NCBI GenBank assembly: GCA_964654465.1 | Contig: CAZZIO010000018.1 | Coordinates: forward strand, 8,348 to 72,347 | Source of the DNA: an uncultured Dictyoglomota bacterium | GTDB lineage: Bacteria > Dictyoglomota > Dictyoglomia > Dictyoglomales > Dictyoglomaceae | Direction: 5' to 3' | DNA: 64,000 bases | Shown here: positions 62,965-64,000 of the stretch, one piece after another | How the letters are laid out: each line of letters opens with the position of its first letter | Position numbering within the stretch: the stretch's first letter is position 1 | Position numbers and translations under genes: made by a program | Notes under the pieces: model-generated | What the model saw: the letters and a program-made list of their open reading frames with translations, nothing else | Databases searched by the model: none | What the model was told of the DNA's origin: nothing

Positions 62965-64000
62965 ATGAGAAAGATTATAATAATATCTCTATCCTTTATC
63001 ATCTTGTTTTCCTTAACTTATGCGTATGAATGGGGTAAAATGGAAATTTCAACAGAGGTAAATTCTTCATATGGCCAAGACTTTAATATCTCTTTTGAAA
63101 GATGGTGGAGTGACAATTTGGGTTTAGGGTCCTCTATTTTATACAACACTCTAAATAAGGAAATAAACTATCATCTTTTTATCCAATCCCCACATTTAAA
63201 GATAGTATCAGGTCTTTTTTATCCATCTTTGAACCTTTTTACAAATAATTTAAGATTGAATGGCTATCAATTAAGTTTATATTTAGGAAATAATGAGATT
63301 TTTTATCTATCTGGAAAAGGAAGTAAAACATTTGAGGATCTACCTTCATTAACCCATTTAGAACCAAATATACCCTTAAAAATTTTAGGATGGAGTACCA
63401 CGTTTTCCAATAATAATTATCTTACCCTTTTTATTTTATCTCTAAATAAAAATAATACCGAAAATTATATGGCAGACATCTTATTTGTAAGAAAAATTCA
63501 TCTTCCTCTTGGATTTCTATTACTAGCTCAGGAGACAAATTTATACCTTAAAGATTCAAATTTAAATTTTAGTGTTTTATTTAATGGAGAAATAAATATT
63601 GGAAGTTTAGGAATAAGAGGATTCATAGGATATTTAAATGGAAACACTCTTTCTTTGTCTTCCTTAGATGAAGGGGATTTAGGTTTTAAACTTTCATTAG
63701 CTTTACCATTAAGCAGTAAAATATTTCCAGAATATAGCATAGGCTATTTTTACAATACAAAAGACAATGAACACAAAATAGATCTGGGAATAAAAGCCCA
63801 ATGGAATGTTACTAATAATTTAAATGTTGAAGGCTTAGTAAGATATCTTATCAATTTATCAGGAAAGAATTATATCTTTACTAAATTAGCCCTCAATTTT
63901 CCTGCCTTGGAAGGAGCTATGTGGAATAGCCTCTATATAAAACATGAATTGAAAGAAGATTCTGAAAATACAAGTCTTGGAATGAAAATTTCCTATCAGT
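62965..64000 (+). CDS. partial secreted, beta-strand-rich protein (possible outer-envelope protein), runs off the right edge
   Basis: ATG at 62965 is preceded by AGGGAGGG. I translated the frame by hand and it stays open to 64000. It has a signal peptide (MRKIIIISLSFIILFSLTYA) and alternating aromatic/polar segments rich in Y, N, G and L. It is not in the ORF track because there is no stop in the window. Confidence 0.55.
   Translation, partial: MRKIIIISLSFIILFSLTYAYEWGKMEISTEVNSSYGQDFNISFERWWSDNLGLGSSILYNTLNKEINYHLFIQSPHLKIVSGLFYPSLNLFTNNLRLNGYQLSLYLGNNEIFYLSGKGSKTFEDLPSLTHLEPNIPLKILGWSTTFSNNNYLTLFILSLNKNNTENYMADILFVRKIHLPLGFLLLAQETNLYLKDSNLNFSVLFNGEINIGSLGIRGFIGYLNGNTLSLSSLDEGDLGFKLSLALPLSSKIFPEYSIGYFYNTKDNEHKIDLGIKAQWNVTNNLNVEGLVRYLINLSGKNYIFTKLALNFPALEGAMWNSLYIKHELKEDSENTSLGMKISYQ

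Noticed and set aside
62796-63002. 68-aa minus-strand ORF across the transferase 5' end and the divergent intergenic region. A second case is the ORF at 63528-63740.
   Set aside because: They overlap the start of the glycosylphosphotransferase and the interior of the open plus-strand frame at 62965-64000, respectively. Both have low-complexity composition and no RBS.
1-64000. General scan for CRISPR arrays, IS elements, toxin-antitoxin pairs, restriction-modification systems and other known defence islands.
   Set aside because: I found no repeat-spacer arrays, transposase or integrase genes, methyltransferases, or small overlapping two-gene toxin-antitoxin-like cassettes. The only nuclease-like genes (HNH, PHP, PLC/P1-like) have non-defence contexts.

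Overview
Low-GC (roughly one third GC by eye), very gene-dense chromosomal window with about 66 CDS and 3 tRNAs, mostly on the minus strand. Many neighbouring genes have 4-14 nt start/stop overlaps. No rRNA, CRISPR array, transposase, integrase or prophage genes were seen.

Likely source (inference only, no search possible): a Dictyoglomus-like thermophilic bacterium. Three things point this way: K/E/I-rich proteins; a 686-aa GH57 enzyme resembling Dictyoglomus AmyA (4-alpha-glucanotransferase type); and an archaeal-type SAM synthetase next to a class I LysRS.

Gene content, left to right:
- ddl, lgt, lspA and a GNAT acetyltransferase.
- ftsY-smc-rnc, then the fab cluster (fabF-acpP-fabG-fabD-fabH), then rpmF, yceD and ackA.
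- A CBS/ACT protein and the livFGMHJ branched-chain amino-acid ABC transporter.
- asnS followed by mtaD-mtnA-mtnP.
- Envelope genes: a phospholipase C/P1-nuclease-like protein, a GT4 glycosyltransferase, a cyclase, and an orphan pilin-like gene.
- pyrE, then a 650-bp ORF-free gap.
- lysK (class I) and the archaeal-type mat, then xylB.
- A ten-gene hydrogenase-flavoprotein/signalling operon.
- Patatin, nitroreductase, htpX, lemA, ahcY, phoU, two kinase-like genes, clpC and suhB.
- tRNA-Arg, two GH57 glucan enzymes, an orphan malK-type ATPase, tRNA-Arg and tRNA-Phe.
- A LysM protein, a Ca-type P-type ATPase, an HNH endonuclease, an EPS priming transferase, and a partial secreted beta-rich protein.

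Most unusual locus: 33065-40287. NuoE-like and NuoF-like subunits and a 2Fe-2S ferredoxin are translationally coupled to three DRTGG proteins, two GHKL ATP-binding modules (one fused to a CBS pair), a PHP phosphoesterase and a HydA-like protein with altered H-cluster motifs. The operon ends at hairpins without a catalytic hydA.

Secondary points of interest:
- An overlapping archaeal-type mat-lysK pair beside a decayed spacer.
- A prepilin-leader protein ending in an Ada-type zinc motif.
- A possible MIO-less ammonia-lyase-like protein.
- A ClpC carrying a ClpE-like zinc ribbon.

Limits: all family calls come from motifs read by eye and remembered family signatures. No database search, HMM or RNA folding was run.
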